A stretch of 55,453 nucleotides of DNA, taken from Chloroflexales bacterium. GTDB taxonomy: Bacteria > Chloroflexota > Chloroflexia > Chloroflexales > Chloroflexaceae. The stretch is from assembly GCA_037134395.1 (NCBI GenBank), contig JBAXMH010000001.1, positions 1 through 55,453 of the forward strand, given 5' to 3'. Of the stretch, positions 1 to 12,192 are shown in pieces. The translations under genes and the position numbers were made by a program. A model generated the notes under the pieces. The model did not search any database. It was not told where the DNA came from and saw nothing but the letters and a program-made list of their open reading frames with translations. Numbering within the stretch: position 1 is the first letter of the stretch; the number at the start of each line of letters is the position of its first letter.

Positions 1-55
1 CCGCGAGGGCGGTCGCACCGTCGGTGCCGGGGTCGTCACCAAGATTGTTGAGTAA
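1..55 (+). CDS. tuf: Elongation factor Tu, C-terminal end (partial)
   Basis: Frame 2 reads [17 protein letters not shown] (TAA 53-55), the typical EF-Tu C-terminus; directly upstream of rpsJ. Confidence 0.95.
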   Translation, partial: REGGRTVGAGVVTKIVE

Positions 56-138
56 GTGTTTATGATCCCGGCTGCGGGGCGTCGGTCGGTATGTCGGATC
101 GACGCCCCCGGCATATAACCTCGTTTGAGGAGCTTGTT

Positions 139-447
139 ATGGCAAAACAGAAGGTGCGTATTCGCCTTAAGGCGTATGACCACAAGATTCTGGATCAGTC
201 GGCCCGGCAGATTGTCGAGGCAGCAGAACGCACTGGCGCTCTGGTGGCTGGCCCTGTGCCTCTACCGACCAAGATCGAGAAGTACAGCGTGATCCGCTCG
301 GGATTCATTGACAAGAACTCGCAAGAGCAGTTTGAGATCCGTACCCACAAGCGGCTGATTGACGTTCTCGACCCAAGCCAGCAGACAATCAACGCTCTGA
401 TGAAGCTCAACCTGCCCGCCGGTGTGGATATCGAAATCAAACTCTAA
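139..447 (+). CDS. rpsJ: 30S ribosomal protein S10
   Basis: [15 protein letters not shown]...GPVPLPT...THKRLID; GAGGAG SD before ATG 139. Confidence 0.98.
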   Translation: MAKQKVRIRLKAYDHKILDQSARQIVEAAERTGALVAGPVPLPTKIEKYSVIRSGFIDKNSQEQFEIRTHKRLIDVLDPSQQTINALMKLNLPAGVDIEIKL

Positions 448-574
448 TCTCGTGTGAGTTTCGGAAAACGCGCGACAGGCGACGGGCATTAAAAAAGGTA
501 CTGCGTCGTCGGTCGCGGGTTCAATAGTAAAAGGCAGCCGCTGCGCAATGACGCATGCTGCGGAGGTAGCAGTA

Positions 575-1204
575 ATGATTAGTGGGTTGTTGGGTCGGAA
601 GCTGGGGATGATGCAGGTCTTTAGCGATAAGGGCGAGGTGATCCCGGTCACGGTGATCGCCGCCGGCCCCTGCATCGTCACCCAGGTACGCACCGTTGAG
701 CGTGACGGCTACGCTGCGGTGCAAATTGGGTATGAGCAGGTGGAGCCGCGCAAGCTCACCAAGCCCCAGCAGGGGCACCTCAAGGCAGCCAACGCGCTGC
801 TGCGCTATCTGCGCGAGTTCCCTGCCGATAACCCTCAGGAACATACGCCCGGTGAGGTTATCAACGTCGAGCTGTTTAAGCCCGGCCAGAAGATTGATAT
901 TTCGGGTACCTCCAAGGGCCACGGCTTCACTGGTGTGGTGAAGCGCTGGGGATTCCACGGTGGCCCGAAGACCCACGGACAGAGCGACCGTCATCGCGCC
1001 CCTGGTTCGATCGGCGCGGGTACAACCCCCGGTCGCGTCTGGAAGGGCCAGAAGATGGCTGGCCGCACGGGCGGCAAGCGCGTCACCATCCAGAACCTTG
1101 AGGTTGTCGAGGTGCTGCCAGAGAAGAACCTGATCCTGGTGAAGGGCTCGGTGCCCGGTGCTCGCACGGGCCTGATCGAGATCCGCCGCGCCGTAAAGGT
1201 CTAG
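575..1204 (+). CDS. rplC: 50S ribosomal protein L3
   Basis: [32 protein letters not shown]; GGAGG SD before ATG 575. Confidence 0.97.
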   Translation: MISGLLGRKLGMMQVFSDKGEVIPVTVIAAGPCIVTQVRTVERDGYAAVQIGYEQVEPRKLTKPQQGHLKAANALLRYLREFPADNPQEHTPGEVINVELFKPGQKIDISGTSKGHGFTGVVKRWGFHGGPKTHGQSDRHRAPGSIGAGTTPGRVWKGQKMAGRTGGKRVTIQNLEVVEVLPEKNLILVKGSVPGARTGLIEIRRAVKV

Positions 1205-1264
1205 ATAAAACTATGCCCGCTGGTCATCGGAATACCGACGACACGCGGGATATAGGAAACAGCA

Positions 1265-1927
1265 ATGGAAGCAAATCTCTATAATCAGGCCGGCGAGCAG
1301 ATCGGGAGTGTCGAGCTGAGCGACTATGTCTTCGGCATCGAGCCAAACATCCCGGTGATGCACCAGTACGTGGTGATGCAGCGCGCCAACGCTCGCCAAG
1401 GTACCCAGAGTACCCGTGGTCGCGGCGAAGTGCGTGGTAGTACCAAGAAGATCTATCGCCAAAAGGGCACCGGCCGCGCCCGCCAGGGTTCTGTTCGCGC
1501 CCCGCACCGCATCGGTGGTGGTATCGCCCACGGCCCGCACCCGCGCTCGTACCGGGTGAGCATGCCCAAGAAGATGCGCCGCCTGGCCGTGCGTTCGGCC
1601 CTCTCCGCAAAGCTCGCCGCCGCTCAGATCCGCGTTATTGATAATCTGGCGATTACGGCACCGCGCACCAAGGACATTATCAAGTTCCTTGGCGACCATA
1701 CGCTCAGCGGGAAGACGCTGATTATCCTCGACCACAAGAACGAGCAGTCCGGTATCGTCCAGCGCTCGGCCAATAACCTGCCGAACGTGAAGACCCTGCT
1801 CGCCAACTACCTTAATGTGCGTGACCTGCTCACCTACGATACGGTGGTGCTGCCTAAGGCTGCAATCGAAGTTATCGAGAGCTACCTGGGTGCCGGCCAG
1901 TCGTCTGCTCAGAGCGAGGAGAAGTAG
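1265..1927 (+). CDS. rplD: 50S ribosomal protein L4
   Basis: [25 protein letters not shown] motifs; S10 operon position. Confidence 0.97.
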   Translation: MEANLYNQAGEQIGSVELSDYVFGIEPNIPVMHQYVVMQRANARQGTQSTRGRGEVRGSTKKIYRQKGTGRARQGSVRAPHRIGGGIAHGPHPRSYRVSMPKKMRRLAVRSALSAKLAAAQIRVIDNLAITAPRTKDIIKFLGDHTLSGKTLIILDHKNEQSGIVQRSANNLPNVKTLLANYLNVRDLLTYDTVVLPKAAIEVIESYLGAGQSSAQSEEK

Positions 1928-1929
1928 CG

Positions 1930-2214
1930 ATGCCGACGCCGCATCAAATTATCGTCCGCCCGCTCGTCACCGAGAAGAATACACTCCTGATGGAGTCGAA
2001 CCAGTATACGTTCGAGGTACTGCGCGTGGCGACCAAGCCCGAGATTAAGCGCGCCATTGAGACGATCTTCAGCGTGACGGTGACACGGGTGAATACCATC
2101 AACGTCCGTGGGAAGCTCAAACGGCGCGGGCGCGAGGTCGGGTACGCCCGGGATTGGAAAAAGGCGATCGTCTCGGTCGCTGCCGGCGACCGCATCGAGA
2201 TCTTTGAAAGCTAG
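1930..2214 (+). CDS. rplW: 50S ribosomal protein L23
   Basis: RPLVTEK...WKKAIV; between rplD and rplB. Confidence 0.97.
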   Translation: MPTPHQIIVRPLVTEKNTLLMESNQYTFEVLRVATKPEIKRAIETIFSVTVTRVNTINVRGKLKRRGREVGYARDWKKAIVSVAAGDRIEIFES

Positions 2215-2270
2215 TCACGGCGGTAGGGGACAGCCCCCTGTGCCCTGTGCCCTGTACCTGGAGCAAAGCG

Positions 2271-3095
2271 ATGGGTGTTCGCAAGTATAAACCAACCTCG
2301 GCGGGTCGCCGCAATATGTCGGTGTCAACCTTCGAGGAGATTACGAAGAAGCGTCCTGAGCCGGGCCTGATCGAGCCGCTGCGCAAGCAGTCGGGTCGTA
2401 ACAATACCGGTCGCATCACCGTGCGCCATCGCGGCGGTGGTCACAAGCGTTTCTACCGTATTATTGACTTTAAGCGCAATAAGTTCGGCATCCCGGCCAA
2501 GGTTCAGGCCATCGAGTACGACCCGAACCGCACGGCGCGCATCGCGCTGTTGGCCTATGTTGATGGCGAGAAGCGCTATATCATTGCGCCGGTAGGAGTC
2601 AAGGTTGGCGATGTGCTGAGCAGTGGCCCCGATGCCGACATTCGTGTCGGTAACGCTCTGCCGCTCTCGGCTATCCCCCTCGGTACGCAGATCCACAACA
2701 TCGAACTGGAGATCGGGCGCGGTGGGGTTCTGGTGCGTAGCGCCGGTACTTCCGCCCAGCTCATGGCTAAGGAGGGTGATTATGCCACCGTCCGTATGCC
2801 CTCCGGCGAGATGCGTATGATCCATATTCGCTGTATCGCCACCATCGGCCAGGTCGGTAATCTGGATCACCAGAATATTCGCCTGGGTAAGGCCGGTCGC
2901 TCACGTTGGCTCGGTCGTCGGCCCCACGTGCGTGGAACGGTGATGAACCCGCGTGACCATCCGCACGGCGGTGGCGAAGGCCGCTCTCCTCGCGGTATGA
3001 ACCCGAAGACCAAGTGGGGCAAGCCCGCTCGCGGTGTCAAGACACGCCATAACCCGCGCAGCGATCGGTTCATTGTCCGGCGGCGCAAGCCCTAA
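2271..3095 (+). CDS. rplB: 50S ribosomal protein L2
   Basis: [39 protein letters not shown]; GGAG SD before ATG 2271. Confidence 0.98.
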   Translation: MGVRKYKPTSAGRRNMSVSTFEEITKKRPEPGLIEPLRKQSGRNNTGRITVRHRGGGHKRFYRIIDFKRNKFGIPAKVQAIEYDPNRTARIALLAYVDGEKRYIIAPVGVKVGDVLSSGPDADIRVGNALPLSAIPLGTQIHNIELEIGRGGVLVRSAGTSAQLMAKEGDYATVRMPSGEMRMIHIRCIATIGQVGNLDHQNIRLGKAGRSRWLGRRPHVRGTVMNPRDHPHGGGEGRSPRGMNPKTKWGKPARGVKTRHNPRSDRFIVRRRKP

Positions 3096-3146
3096 TTGGG
3101 AGGGTGTGGGCCTCGCCCACATCGCCCTGTTCTGTCAGGAGGATCT

Positions 3147-3434
3147 ATGGCTCGCTCTTCAAAGAAGGGGCCGTACGTCGATATTCGGCTCCTCGATCGC
3201 GTCGAGACCATGAACCGCACGAGCGATAAGCGTGTGCTGCGGACGTGGTCGCGGGACTCGACCATCTTCCCGCAGATGATCGGTCACACGATCGCCATTC
3301 ACGACGGTCGCCGCCACGTTCCGATCTATATCACCGAGAACATGGTTGGCCATAAGCTTGGCGAATTCGCGCCCACACGGTTCTTCCGTGGCCACGGTGG
3401 CAAGAAGGCGGATAAGCGCGGCAAGATGAAGTAG
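3147..3434 (+). CDS. rpsS: 30S ribosomal protein S19
   Basis: [11 protein letters not shown]...[13 protein letters not shown]; AGGAGG SD. Confidence 0.98.
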   Translation: MARSSKKGPYVDIRLLDRVETMNRTSDKRVLRTWSRDSTIFPQMIGHTIAIHDGRRHVPIYITENMVGHKLGEFAPTRFFRGHGGKKADKRGKMK

Positions 3435-3508
3435 TGATGCCCTCGGGTATCGCTCTGTGCCCGGTTCGTTCGTATAGGGTGTCTGCTCCGCACGTGAATC
3501 GTGAATTG

Positions 3509-3517
3509 TGGTACAAT
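3509..3517 (+). promoter_or_regulatory. Putative extended -10 internal promoter upstream of rplV
   Basis: TGgTACAAT in the 142-nt rpsS-rplV spacer; no clear -35. Confidence 0.4.
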
Positions 3518-3576
3518 GCGTGGGTTTGCGTGCGAGTGGGCGTTCCTATGCGGCCTGACCGCAGACGAGTAAGGCA

Positions 3577-3918
3577 ATGGAAGTCAAAGCTGTAGCCCGA
3601 TATGTGCGCATCTCGCCGCTCAAGGTTCGCCTGGTGATGGATGTCGTACGCGGAATGAAGGTTGATCGCGCCCTCTCGACCTTGCAGTACATGCCGCAAA
3701 AGGCGGCCCGCGAGGTGTTTCGGACGGTAAAGTCGGCTGCGGCCAACGCCGAGAATAATTTTGACCTTGACCCGAGTGACTTGGTGGTCAAACGAATCTT
3801 TGCCGACCAAGGCCCGGTACTCAAGCGTTTTATGCCCCGCGCTCGCGGTATGGCGAACCGCATTCGTAAGCCCACGACCCACATCACCGTGATCGTGGAC
3901 GATGGCGAGACCTATTAG
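3577..3918 (+). CDS. rplV: 50S ribosomal protein L22
   Basis: [24 protein letters not shown]. Confidence 0.98.
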   Translation: MEVKAVARYVRISPLKVRLVMDVVRGMKVDRALSTLQYMPQKAAREVFRTVKSAAANAENNFDLDPSDLVVKRIFADQGPVLKRFMPRARGMANRIRKPTTHITVIVDDGETY

Positions 3919-3941
3919 GCGGCCAGGACTAGGAGGTTGTC

Positions 3942-4670
3942 TTGGGACGAAAAGTACATCCGATCGGCTTCCGCCTCGGCTACATCAAGGACTGGCAGTC
4001 GAAGTGGTTCGCCGAGCGATCCTATACCGATCAGCTCCACGAAGATTTGGCGCTGCGCAAGTTGATCGCCAAGGAACTACAGAACGCGGGCGTCTCGCGC
4101 ATTGATATCGAGCGCTCGGCGAACAAGATTGAAGTGACGGTCTTTACCGCGAAGCCCGGTATTGTGATCGGTAAGCGCGGCGCAAATGTTGATCTGTTGA
4201 AGAATACGCTTGAGCAAAAGACCGGCAAGAAGATCAAGCTCAATATTCAGGAGATCCATCAGCCTGAACTCGATGCCCAACTGGTGGCGGAGAGTATCGC
4301 TGAGCAGATCACCAAGCGCGTCTCGTACAAGCGGGCGATGAAACAGGCCGTTCAACGTGCGGTGCGCCTCGGCGCTCAGGGCGTGAAGGTGCGTTGCTCG
4401 GGCCGCCTCGGCGGCGCGGAAATGTCGCGCATTCAGAACGAGAGCGATGGTCGCGTGCCGCGTCACACGCTGCGCGCCGATATTGACTACGCGCAGGTAC
4501 ACGCTCACACCACCTACGGGCGTATCGGTGTGAAGGTGTGGATCTATAAGGGCGAAGTCTTCCCCGATCAGTTGGCGAAGGCCGCAGTCGAGCAGCAGGC
4601 GAGTGCCCCCAGCGCCCCGACCGAGCGGCGCGATCGCCCGGCCAGGAGGAACGATAATGCTGCTTCCTAA
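3942..4670 (+). CDS. rpsC: 30S ribosomal protein S3
   Basis: [15 protein letters not shown]-domain [21 protein letters not shown]; TTG start with AGGAGG SD. Confidence 0.98.
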   Translation: MGRKVHPIGFRLGYIKDWQSKWFAERSYTDQLHEDLALRKLIAKELQNAGVSRIDIERSANKIEVTVFTAKPGIVIGKRGANVDLLKNTLEQKTGKKIKLNIQEIHQPELDAQLVAESIAEQITKRVSYKRAMKQAVQRAVRLGAQGVKVRCSGRLGGAEMSRIQNESDGRVPRHTLRADIDYAQVHAHTTYGRIGVKVWIYKGEVFPDQLAKAAVEQQASAPSAPTERRDRPARRNDNAAS

Positions 4671-5094
4671 GCGCACAAAGTACCGCAAGCAGCAGCGCGG
4701 TCGCAATAAGGGTCTCTCTTATCGCGGAAGTGGCGTGGCCTTCGGTGAGTATGGCCTGGTCGCGCTTGAGAGTACCTGGATCACCAGCCGCCAGATCGAG
4801 GCCGCCCGTCGTACCATCACCGGCTTCATCAAGCGCGGTGGCAAGGTCTGGATCAGGGTGTTCCCCGATAAGCCGGTGACCCAGAAACCCGCTGAGACCC
4901 GCATGGGCGGCGGTAAGGGATCCGTTGATCATTGGGTGGCGGTGGTGAAGCCGGGCCGGGTTATGTTTGAACTCGGCGGCGTCACCGAGGATGTCGCGAT
5001 GGAAGCGATGCGCCGCGCCGCTCAGAAGTTGCCCATCCCCTGCAAGATCATTACCAGGGACGAAGTGGAGGAGGCCGCCAGTGAAGGCGAGTGA
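4657..5094 (+). CDS. rplP: 50S ribosomal protein L16
   Basis: [22 protein letters not shown]; AGGAGG SD; overlaps rpsC end. Confidence 0.98.
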   Translation: MLLPKRTKYRKQQRGRNKGLSYRGSGVAFGEYGLVALESTWITSRQIEAARRTITGFIKRGGKVWIRVFPDKPVTQKPAETRMGGGKGSVDHWVAVVKPGRVMFELGGVTEDVAMEAMRRAAQKLPIPCKIITRDEVEEAASEGE

Positions 5095-5275
5095 TCTGCG
5101 CAACCAGGACGACGAGAAGCTGCGCGCCGAGCTGAAGGGCTTCGATGTGGAGCTGTTTAATCTCCGCTTCCAGCAGGTGACCGGTCGCCTGACAAACACG
5201 GCTCGCTTCAAGCAGGTCCGCAGGGACGTCGCTCGGATCAAGACGATCCTGCGCGAGCGTGAGCTGGAGATTTAA
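5081..5275 (+). CDS. rpmC: 50S ribosomal protein L29
   Basis: GTG start with GGAGGAGG SD; ELFNLRFQ...[13 protein letters not shown]. Confidence 0.95.
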   Translation: MKASDLRNQDDEKLRAELKGFDVELFNLRFQQVTGRLTNTARFKQVRRDVARIKTILRERELEI

Positions 5276-5277
5276 CT

Positions 5278-5544
5278 ATGACTGAACAGCCGACGGCACG
5301 CAAGATCGTCAAGATCGGGCGTGTGGTGAGCGACAAGATGGATAAGACGGTGGTGGTGGCGGTGGATTATCTCAAACCTCACCCGCTCTACCGCAAGATT
5401 ATTCGCAAGACGAACAAATTCCACGCCCACGATGAGGATAACTCTTGTAAGGTGGGCGATACGGTGCGGATCGAGGAATCTCGCCCGTTGAGCCGCACCA
5501 AGCGCTGGCGGGTTATCGAGATTGTGAAGCGCGGCGAGGAGTAA
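5278..5544 (+). CDS. rpsQ: 30S ribosomal protein S17
   Basis: [23 protein letters not shown]. Confidence 0.98.
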   Translation: MTEQPTARKIVKIGRVVSDKMDKTVVVAVDYLKPHPLYRKIIRKTNKFHAHDEDNSCKVGDTVRIEESRPLSRTKRWRVIEIVKRGEE

Positions 5545-5549
5545 AAGCC

Positions 5550-5918
5550 ATGATCCAGCCTCAGTCTCGCCTTAAGGTTGCCGATAACACCGGTGCCAAA
5601 GAGATTATGTGCATCCGTGTACTCGGTGGATCACGGGTGCGCTACGGTCGGGTCGGCGATGTCATCGTTGCCTCGGTCAAGCAGGCATCCCCTGGCGGAA
5701 CAGTGAAGAAGGGTGAGGTGGTACGTGCCGTCATCGTGCGTACAACCAAAGAATACGGGCGACTTGACGGCTCGCATATCCGCTTCGACGATAATGCGGC
5801 CGTGATCATCGGTAAGGAAAATAACCCCCGTGGCACGCGCATCTTTGGACCCGTGGCCCGTGAGCTGCGTGAGAAGCAGTTTATGCGTATCGTGTCACTG
5901 GCGCCGGAGGTACTGTGA
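5550..5918 (+). CDS. rplN: 50S ribosomal protein L14
   Basis: [35 protein letters not shown]. Confidence 0.98.
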   Translation: MIQPQSRLKVADNTGAKEIMCIRVLGGSRVRYGRVGDVIVASVKQASPGGTVKKGEVVRAVIVRTTKEYGRLDGSHIRFDDNAAVIIGKENNPRGTRIFGPVARELREKQFMRIVSLAPEVL

Positions 5919-6250
5919 TGCACGTCAAAACAGGCGATATGGTGCTGATTATTGCCGGTAAAGATAAGGGGCGCAAGGGCAAGATCAAGCGCTCTGTGCC
6001 GAAGGAAGGGCGTGTGGTGGTTGAGGGCTTGAATATTGCCAAGCGCCATACGAAGCCGCGTGGCCCCGGCAAGCCCGGCGGGATTATTGAGATAGAGGCA
6101 CCGCTCAATAGTTCTAATGTCATGCTGATCTGCCCCCGATGTGAGCATGCGACACGTACCGGGCATCGCTTCCTTGAGGAGACCGACGAGAGGGGCCGAC
6201 CGCGCAAGGTTCGCTTCTGCAAGTCATGCGACGCGGTGATTGACAAGTAA
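5918..6250 (+). CDS. rplX: 50S ribosomal protein L24
   Basis: KOW motif GDMVLIIAGKDKG; ATG overlaps the rplN TGA; CPRC/CKSC pair. Confidence 0.97.
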   Translation: MHVKTGDMVLIIAGKDKGRKGKIKRSVPKEGRVVVEGLNIAKRHTKPRGPGKPGGIIEIEAPLNSSNVMLICPRCEHATRTGHRFLEETDERGRPRKVRFCKSCDAVIDK

Positions 6251-6311
6251 CCTGTGCGCAGGGCCGGAGCTGCGCTTTCGCCGCGCCTCCTAGCCCCTGG
6301 AGAGAGAGATC

Positions 6312-6854
6312 ATGACAGTTCGTCTGCTCGAAAAGTATCGTTCAGAGATCGTCCCTGCGCTCATGCAGGAGTTCGCGTATACGTCGGTGATGCAGGTGCC
6401 TCGGCTGACCAAGATTGTGGTCAACGTTGGCGTCGGTGAGGCCGTGACGAACTCTAAGGCTCTCGATGCGACCGTGGCCGATCTGACCACGATCACCGGC
6501 CAGAAGCCGGTCATCACAAAGGCAAAGAAGTCTATTGCCACGTTCAAGCTGCGCGAGGGGATGGCGATTGGCACGATGGTCACCTTGCGTGCCGAGCGTA
6601 TGTTCGACTTCCTTGATCGGCTGATCGTTCTCGCTCTGCCACGTATCCGCGACTTTCGCGGCGTGAGCCGTCGGTCGTTTGATGGCCGTGGCAATTACAG
6701 CCTTGGTCTGCGTGAGCAGATTGTGTTCCCCGATATTGACTACGATAAGATCGACAAGATCCGCGGCCTTGAGGTGGTGATTGTAACCACCGCTACCAAT
6801 GACGAGCAGGCGTACGCCCTGCTGAAGCGTCTCGGTATGCCGTTTCGTGATTAG
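6312..6854 (+). CDS. rplE: 50S ribosomal protein L5
   Basis: [40 protein letters not shown]. Confidence 0.98.
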   Translation: MTVRLLEKYRSEIVPALMQEFAYTSVMQVPRLTKIVVNVGVGEAVTNSKALDATVADLTTITGQKPVITKAKKSIATFKLREGMAIGTMVTLRAERMFDFLDRLIVLALPRIRDFRGVSRRSFDGRGNYSLGLREQIVFPDIDYDKIDKIRGLEVVIVTTATNDEQAYALLKRLGMPFRD

Positions 6855-6906
6855 TCTGGGCCAGGAGCGAAGGCTAACTAGTCCAACTGTTTAGGAGGAA
6901 TCATCC

Positions 6907-7092
6907 TTGGCGAAGACCTCACTGATTGTTAAGGCGTCACGCCCAGCCAAATTCAAGGTGCGCGAGTACAATCGCTGCAAGACTTGTGGCCGCTCGCGTG
7001 CGTATATGCGAAAGTTTGGCATGTGTCGCATTTGTTTCCGCGAGCATGCGCTGAAGGGCCTTCTTCCGGGTGTCGTCAAGTCAAGCTGGTAG
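6907..7092 (+). CDS. rpsZ: 30S ribosomal protein S14, zinc-binding (type Z)
   Basis: 61 aa with NRCKTCGR...CRICFRE (CxxC/CxxC); TTG start with AGGAGG SD. Confidence 0.95.
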   Translation: MAKTSLIVKASRPAKFKVREYNRCKTCGRSRAYMRKFGMCRICFREHALKGLLPGVVKSSW

Positions 7093-7174
7093 AACATCAT
7101 AACGTTGCGGGCGACCGGCTACGTGTAAAGCGGCAGCAGCCGCAGCCGGCACCAGACGTGTGAGGAGGCACACC

Positions 7175-7573
7175 GTGAGCGTTAGCGACCCTATCGGCGA
7201 TATGCTGACACGCATCCGAAATGCCTGTATGGCGCGGCATGTGGTTGTGAATATTCCTTCGTCGAAGATGAAGTTGGCAATTGCTGACATTCTGAAGCGC
7301 GAAGGGTTTATCAAGGACTATTCCCTGATTGAGGGGAAGCCTTTCAGCACGATCGCGATCACATTGAAGTATATGTCCGACCGGCGCCCGGCTATTACTG
7401 GCCTGCGCCGCGTGAGCAAGCCTGGCCTGCGCATCTACTCGAAGCGCGATGAGATTCCGCGGGTGCGTGGCGGCCTTGGTCTGAGCATTCTCTCTACCCC
7501 GAAGGGTATTCTCGCCGGCCACGAGGCTTGGCAGGAGCGCGTCGGTGGCGAGGTGCTCTGCTACGTTTGGTAG
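7175..7573 (+). CDS. rpsH: 30S ribosomal protein S8
   Basis: [32 protein letters not shown]; GAGGAGG SD before GTG 7175. Confidence 0.98.
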   Translation: MSVSDPIGDMLTRIRNACMARHVVVNIPSSKMKLAIADILKREGFIKDYSLIEGKPFSTIAITLKYMSDRRPAITGLRRVSKPGLRIYSKRDEIPRVRGGLGLSILSTPKGILAGHEAWQERVGGEVLCYVW

Positions 7574-7591
7574 CACGCACGGAGGAAGCGA

Positions 7592-8155
7592 ATGTCGCGT
7601 ATCGGCAAAAAACCTATCACCCTTCCCAAAGGGATTCAGGTGGACATCAGCAAGGAAAACCTTGTGGTGGTGACGGGGCCGAAGGGCTCTCTGACCCAGC
7701 AGTTCCACTCCGACATTATCATCACCCAGGAGAATGGTACGCTGACGGTGCAACGCCCGTCTGACGGGAAACTGCACAAGTCACTCCACGGTCTGACCCG
7801 CACTCTGCTCTCGAATATGGTGGTCGGTGTCACCGATGGGTGGCAGCGGGCACTTGAGATCAATGGCGTGGGCTATCGTGCCCAGCTTGAGGGTAAGACG
7901 CTTGTCCTCCAGCTTGGCTTCTCGCACCCGGTGCGGCTCGATCCGCCTCATGACGTGCAGTATGCGGTCGGTGAGCGCAAGAGCGCCAGCGACCCGTTGC
8001 CGCTCTTTGTGCGCGGGATTGATAAGCAGGTGGTCGGCGAGGAGGCTGCGAAGATTCGTGGCCTGCGCCCGCCGGAGCCCTACAAGGGCAAGGGCGTGAA
8101 GTACCTTGAAGAGAAGGTTCGCCGCAAGGCTGGTAAGGCCGGTAAGGCGAAGTAA
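7592..8155 (+). CDS. rplF: 50S ribosomal protein L6
   Basis: [27 protein letters not shown]. Confidence 0.98.
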   Translation: MSRIGKKPITLPKGIQVDISKENLVVVTGPKGSLTQQFHSDIIITQENGTLTVQRPSDGKLHKSLHGLTRTLLSNMVVGVTDGWQRALEINGVGYRAQLEGKTLVLQLGFSHPVRLDPPHDVQYAVGERKSASDPLPLFVRGIDKQVVGEEAAKIRGLRPPEPYKGKGVKYLEEKVRRKAGKAGKAK

Positions 8156-8256
8156 TTGTGCCGGTAGGCGGGCGCTGCACAGCGCCCGCCTACCAGATCA
8201 ACAATGTTAGTGATTGCGATAGGGGATATAATCTCTATTGCGACAGTGAGGCATCT

Positions 8257-8622
8257 ATGGGAAGGCGATCTACGCGTGAACTGCGCATCCGCCGGCATAC
8301 CCGGCTGCGTAAGCGCGTCAGCGGCTCTCAGGAGCGGCCCCGGCTGAGTGTTTTCCGGAGCAGTGTCCATATCTACGCCCAAGTGATTGATGATACGCTC
8401 GGTCGTACCCTCGTCGCCGCGTCAACCAACGAGAAGGCATGGCCCGAGGCCGACTCACCGAAGACAAAGACGGAGCAGGCTGCGCTGGTCGGTAAGCTTG
8501 TCGCCGAGCGGGCACTTGAGGCCGGGGTAACGAAGGTGGTCTTTGACCGCGGCGGCTTCAAGTACCACGGGCGCGTGAAAGCCCTCGCCGAGGCCGCTCG
8601 CGAAGCTGGCCTCAACTTCTAG
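8257..8622 (+). CDS. rplR: 50S ribosomal protein L18
   Basis: [35 protein letters not shown]. Confidence 0.97.
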   Translation: MGRRSTRELRIRRHTRLRKRVSGSQERPRLSVFRSSVHIYAQVIDDTLGRTLVAASTNEKAWPEADSPKTKTEQAALVGKLVAERALEAGVTKVVFDRGGFKYHGRVKALAEAAREAGLNF

Positions 8623-8651
8623 CGCCCCTCGGGCAGCTTTCCGGAGGAACT

Positions 8652-9200
8652 GTGAAGAAAGAACGTATCAACGCTGAGTCGCTTGAGCTTGAGGAGCGTG
8701 TTGTTCAGATCAACCGCGTCTCGAAGGTGGTCAAGGGCGGTCGGCGCTTTAGCTTTAGCACGGTGGTGGTGGTCGGCGATGGCAAGGGCCACGTCGGCGT
8801 CGGTATGGGCAAGGCTGCTGAGGTGCCTGAGGCAATCCGTAAGGGTACCGAGGCCGCCAAAAAGAACCTGATCCGCATCCCGCTGGTGAATACAACCATC
8901 CCCCACGAGGTGATGACGAAGTTCGCCGCGACGAAGGTGATGATTCGGCCTGCTGCCCCAGGAACTGGCGTCATCGCCGGTCGTGGTGTTCGCCCGGTGG
9001 TTGAGGCCGCAGGTATCAAAGATATTCTTTCAAAGGTTTACGGCAGCAATAACCCGGTTAATGTGGTCAAGGCCGCCTTCCAGGCGCTGAGTGAGCTGAT
9101 CTCTCTCGGTGAGATGGCCCGCCGCCGCGATATGACCACCCAGGAGCTGATCGCTCGGCGTAGCCGCCGGCCGGCAGCCGACCAGGAGGCGGCGGTATGA
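8652..9200 (+). CDS. rpsE: 30S ribosomal protein S5
   Basis: [27 protein letters not shown]. Confidence 0.98.
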   Translation: MKKERINAESLELEERVVQINRVSKVVKGGRRFSFSTVVVVGDGKGHVGVGMGKAAEVPEAIRKGTEAAKKNLIRIPLVNTTIPHEVMTKFAATKVMIRPAAPGTGVIAGRGVRPVVEAAGIKDILSKVYGSNNPVNVVKAAFQALSELISLGEMARRRDMTTQELIARRSRRPAADQEAAV

Positions 9201-9394
9201 GCAAGCTGCGGATCACCTACTCCAAGAGTGTCATCGGCTACTCCAAGGATCAGAAGGAGACGGTTGCATCCCTCGGTCTGCGGAAGCTTAATCACTCGGT
9301 GATCAAGTCCGATACCCCCTCCATCCGGGGCATGATCTTTAAGGTCAAGCACTTGGTATCGGTTGAAGAGGTCTCCGACGAGGTGACAACATGA
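9197..9394 (+). CDS. rpmD: 50S ribosomal protein L30
   Basis: [11 protein letters not shown]...LGLRK...[11 protein letters not shown]; position after rpsE. Confidence 0.96.
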   Translation: MSKLRITYSKSVIGYSKDQKETVASLGLRKLNHSVIKSDTPSIRGMIFKVKHLVSVEEVSDEVTT

Positions 9395-9912
9395 AACTGA
9401 ACGATCTTAAGCCCGCAGCGGGCTCAACCCATACCAGTAAGCGGCTCGGTCGCGGCGCTGGCTCGGGCAAAGGTAAGACTGCCGGCAAGGGCATGATGGG
9501 ACAGAAGTCCCGCTCTGGCCCCGGCCCCTATCGTACCTTTGAGGGCGGACAGAACCGCTTGGTCAAGCGCATGCCGTTTAAGCGTGGCTTTACCAACATC
9601 TTCCGTGTTGATTACGAGGTTCTTAACGTCGGCGATCTCAGCGAGTGGCCCGCCGGGGTCGAGGTGACACCGGAGAGCCTGCTTGAGGCCCGCACCGTGC
9701 GTCGTAAGACGATGCCGGTGAAGGTTCTCGGCGACGGCGAGCTGAGTGTTGCACTGACGGTGAAGGCGCATAAGTTCTCCTCCGTTGCAAAAGAGAAGAT
9801 CCAGGCTGCCGGCGGTACGGTGGTTGAGTTGGAGTGGATCGTCGAGCGCCACTCGCGCTCACGCGGGGCTAACTTCGGCGGTCGCAACGCAAAGAAGAAG
9901 GCGCAGGACTAA
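9391..9912 (+). CDS. rplO: 50S ribosomal protein L15
   Basis: [28 protein letters not shown]. Confidence 0.97.
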   Translation: MKLNDLKPAAGSTHTSKRLGRGAGSGKGKTAGKGMMGQKSRSGPGPYRTFEGGQNRLVKRMPFKRGFTNIFRVDYEVLNVGDLSEWPAGVEVTPESLLEARTVRRKTMPVKVLGDGELSVALTVKAHKFSSVAKEKIQAAGGTVVELEWIVERHSRSRGANFGGRNAKKKAQD

Positions 9913-9998
9913 GGTTCTGTTAACGGAATCAGGCGCTGTCGGCATCTCTGCTGTCGGCAGCGTCTCTATAGACTGATGATCGTCCAGAGGGGACACCG

Positions 9999-11351
9999 AT
10001 GCTCCAAGCTGTTCTTCGCGCCATTCAGTTGCCAGATCTGCGCCGACGCATCCTCTTCACTTTGGGGATGTTGCTGATCTTCCGCCTGATTGCGCATATT
10101 CCGGTTCCGAATATTAACCCGGCCTCGCTTCAGCAGCTTCAGGACGCTCTGGCCAACAACCAGCTTGCCCAACTGTTGAATATCTTCGCCGGCGGAGCGC
10201 TGCAGAACTTCTCGGTGGCGGCAATGGGGGTCTATCCCTACATTACGGCCTCGATCATTATGCAACTGCTCCAGCCACTCATCCCCTCGCTCCAGGAGTT
10301 GTCTAAAGAGGGTGAGCAGGGCCGGATAAAGATGAACCGCTACCAGATGTGGCTGACGATCCCGCTGGCTTATCTCCAGGCGTATGGGCAGACCATGACC
10401 CTGGAGCGGACGGTCAACCCGACCAATGTTGTGGCCTCGTCGCTCTTCCGGTCGTCGTTCGATATTGTCAGCAACTTCCTGCCCACTTTCACCATTCTAA
10501 CCTCGATGGTGGCGGGGACGATGCTGCTGGTCTGGCTTGGCGAACAGATCAACGAGCGCGGTATTGGCCAAGGCATCTCGGTGATCATCTTTGGCGGTAT
10601 TGTGTCGCGGCTTCCCGGCATGATCGTCCAGGGCTTCCAGGTTAGCCAGGCCGGTGGTGTCAGCACGATCATCGGCGTGATTGGCTTTGTGGCCATCGCC
10701 CTGCTAACCATCATCGGCATTGTCCTCATCCAAGAGGGTCAGCGCCGCATCCCTGTGCAGTATGCCAAGCGGGTGCGCGGGAATAAGGTTTACGGTGGTC
10801 AGAGCAGCCATATTCCGCTCAAGGTGAATATGGCCGGCATGATTCCGCTGATTTTCGCCCAGAGTATTATCATTTTCCCCGGCATCATCGCCTCGTGGTT
10901 CTACCAAGTAAACGGCGAAGGTATCGGGAATGCCATCGCTGGTTTTTTCTACACAACGTTTAACCCTACCGGACGAAGCGGTGGCGTAGTTTATATGGTT
11001 CTGTTGTTCCTGCTGACGGTAGGTTTTACCTACTTCTACACGATTGTACTCTTTAGCCAGCAGGACATCCCCGACAGCCTTCAGCGCAATGGCGGCTTCA
11101 TTCCAGGGATTCGACCCGGCAAGAAGACCGAGGAATATCTCGGTCGGGTGCTGAATCGGATCACGCTGGTAGGTGCGCTGTTCCTGGGGATTGTGGCCAT
11201 TCTGCCCTTCCTGACGCAGACAATTACCGGACTCCAGCTTGGCCTTGGTAGTACGGCCCTCCTGATCGTTGTGGGTGTGGCCATTGATACCATGCGCCAA
11301 CTCGAGTCGCAACTTATTATGCGTGACTACGAGGGCTTCCTGAGCAAATAG
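9999..11351 (+). CDS. secY: Preprotein translocase subunit SecY
   Basis: Multi-TM protein; GVYPYITASIIMQLL, RRIPVQYAKR, GGFIPGIRPG. Confidence 0.98.
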   Translation: MLQAVLRAIQLPDLRRRILFTLGMLLIFRLIAHIPVPNINPASLQQLQDALANNQLAQLLNIFAGGALQNFSVAAMGVYPYITASIIMQLLQPLIPSLQELSKEGEQGRIKMNRYQMWLTIPLAYLQAYGQTMTLERTVNPTNVVASSLFRSSFDIVSNFLPTFTILTSMVAGTMLLVWLGEQINERGIGQGISVIIFGGIVSRLPGMIVQGFQVSQAGGVSTIIGVIGFVAIALLTIIGIVLIQEGQRRIPVQYAKRVRGNKVYGGQSSHIPLKVNMAGMIPLIFAQSIIIFPGIIASWFYQVNGEGIGNAIAGFFYTTFNPTGRSGGVVYMVLLFLLTVGFTYFYTIVLFSQQDIPDSLQRNGGFIPGIRPGKKTEEYLGRVLNRITLVGALFLGIVAILPFLTQTITGLQLGLGSTALLIVVGVAIDTMRQLESQLIMRDYEGFLSK

Positions 11352-11513
11352 GTACCACAGACCTGTTAGTTTGTGGTATAGTGGGCAGTCTCAGTATTTT
11401 GAAGTACAAGCCGTGGTTGTGGGGAGCAGCGTTCTCCGGTTCACATGTACGTGAACTCTGGAGACTGACCGTGCAGGGATGCGCGTGAGATCTATACGCA
11501 AGAGGCACCGACA

Positions 11514-12191
11514 ATGACGAACGTTATTCTGCTAGGCCCCCCAGGCGCAGGAAAAGGGACGCAGGCGAAGACCCTCTCGGATCGCACCTCGCTGATCCAC
11601 GTGGCAAGCGGCGACCTCTTTCGGGCGGCGCTGCGTGAGGGTACCGAACTGGGTATGTTGGCGAAATCATACATGGATCGCGGGGGACTCGTCCCAAACG
11701 AGGTGGTCATCCGTATGATCCTGGAGCGTATCGCCCGACCTGACTGTAGCGCCGGCGTCATCTTTGATGGGTTCCCGCGAACGAGTGAACAGGCCGTCGC
11801 GCTGGATGCGGCAATGGCCGAGTGTAACAACAGTATTGACGCAGTACTCTACCTACGAGTGCCAAAAGATGTGTTGCTGCGGCGGATTGCGGGACGTCAA
11901 ACATGCAAGACCTGCGGGGCAACCTGTAACATCTACTATTTCCCGTCCCACCGGCCGGGAATTTGTGATGCCTGCACGGGCAAACTCTATCAACGCACCG
12001 ACGATTCGATTGAGACGGCCGAGCATCGGCTTGATGTCTACTTCGAGTTGACGATGCCGCTGATTGCGTACTATCAACGCCAAGGCATTTTGCATGAGAT
12101 TGACGGTCAGCGCGAGATATCGCTGGTGACAGAAGCAATGCTGCTTGCATTAAAGATCAATCCTGAGCTGACGCCGACATCGAAGGAGTGA
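11514..12191 (+). CDS. adk: Adenylate kinase (zinc-lid type)
   Basis: [17 protein letters not shown], lid CKTC...CDAC. Confidence 0.97.
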   Translation: MTNVILLGPPGAGKGTQAKTLSDRTSLIHVASGDLFRAALREGTELGMLAKSYMDRGGLVPNEVVIRMILERIARPDCSAGVIFDGFPRTSEQAVALDAAMAECNNSIDAVLYLRVPKDVLLRRIAGRQTCKTCGATCNIYYFPSHRPGICDACTGKLYQRTDDSIETAEHRLDVYFELTMPLIAYYQRQGILHEIDGQREISLVTEAMLLALKINPELTPTSKE

Positions 12192-12192
12192 T

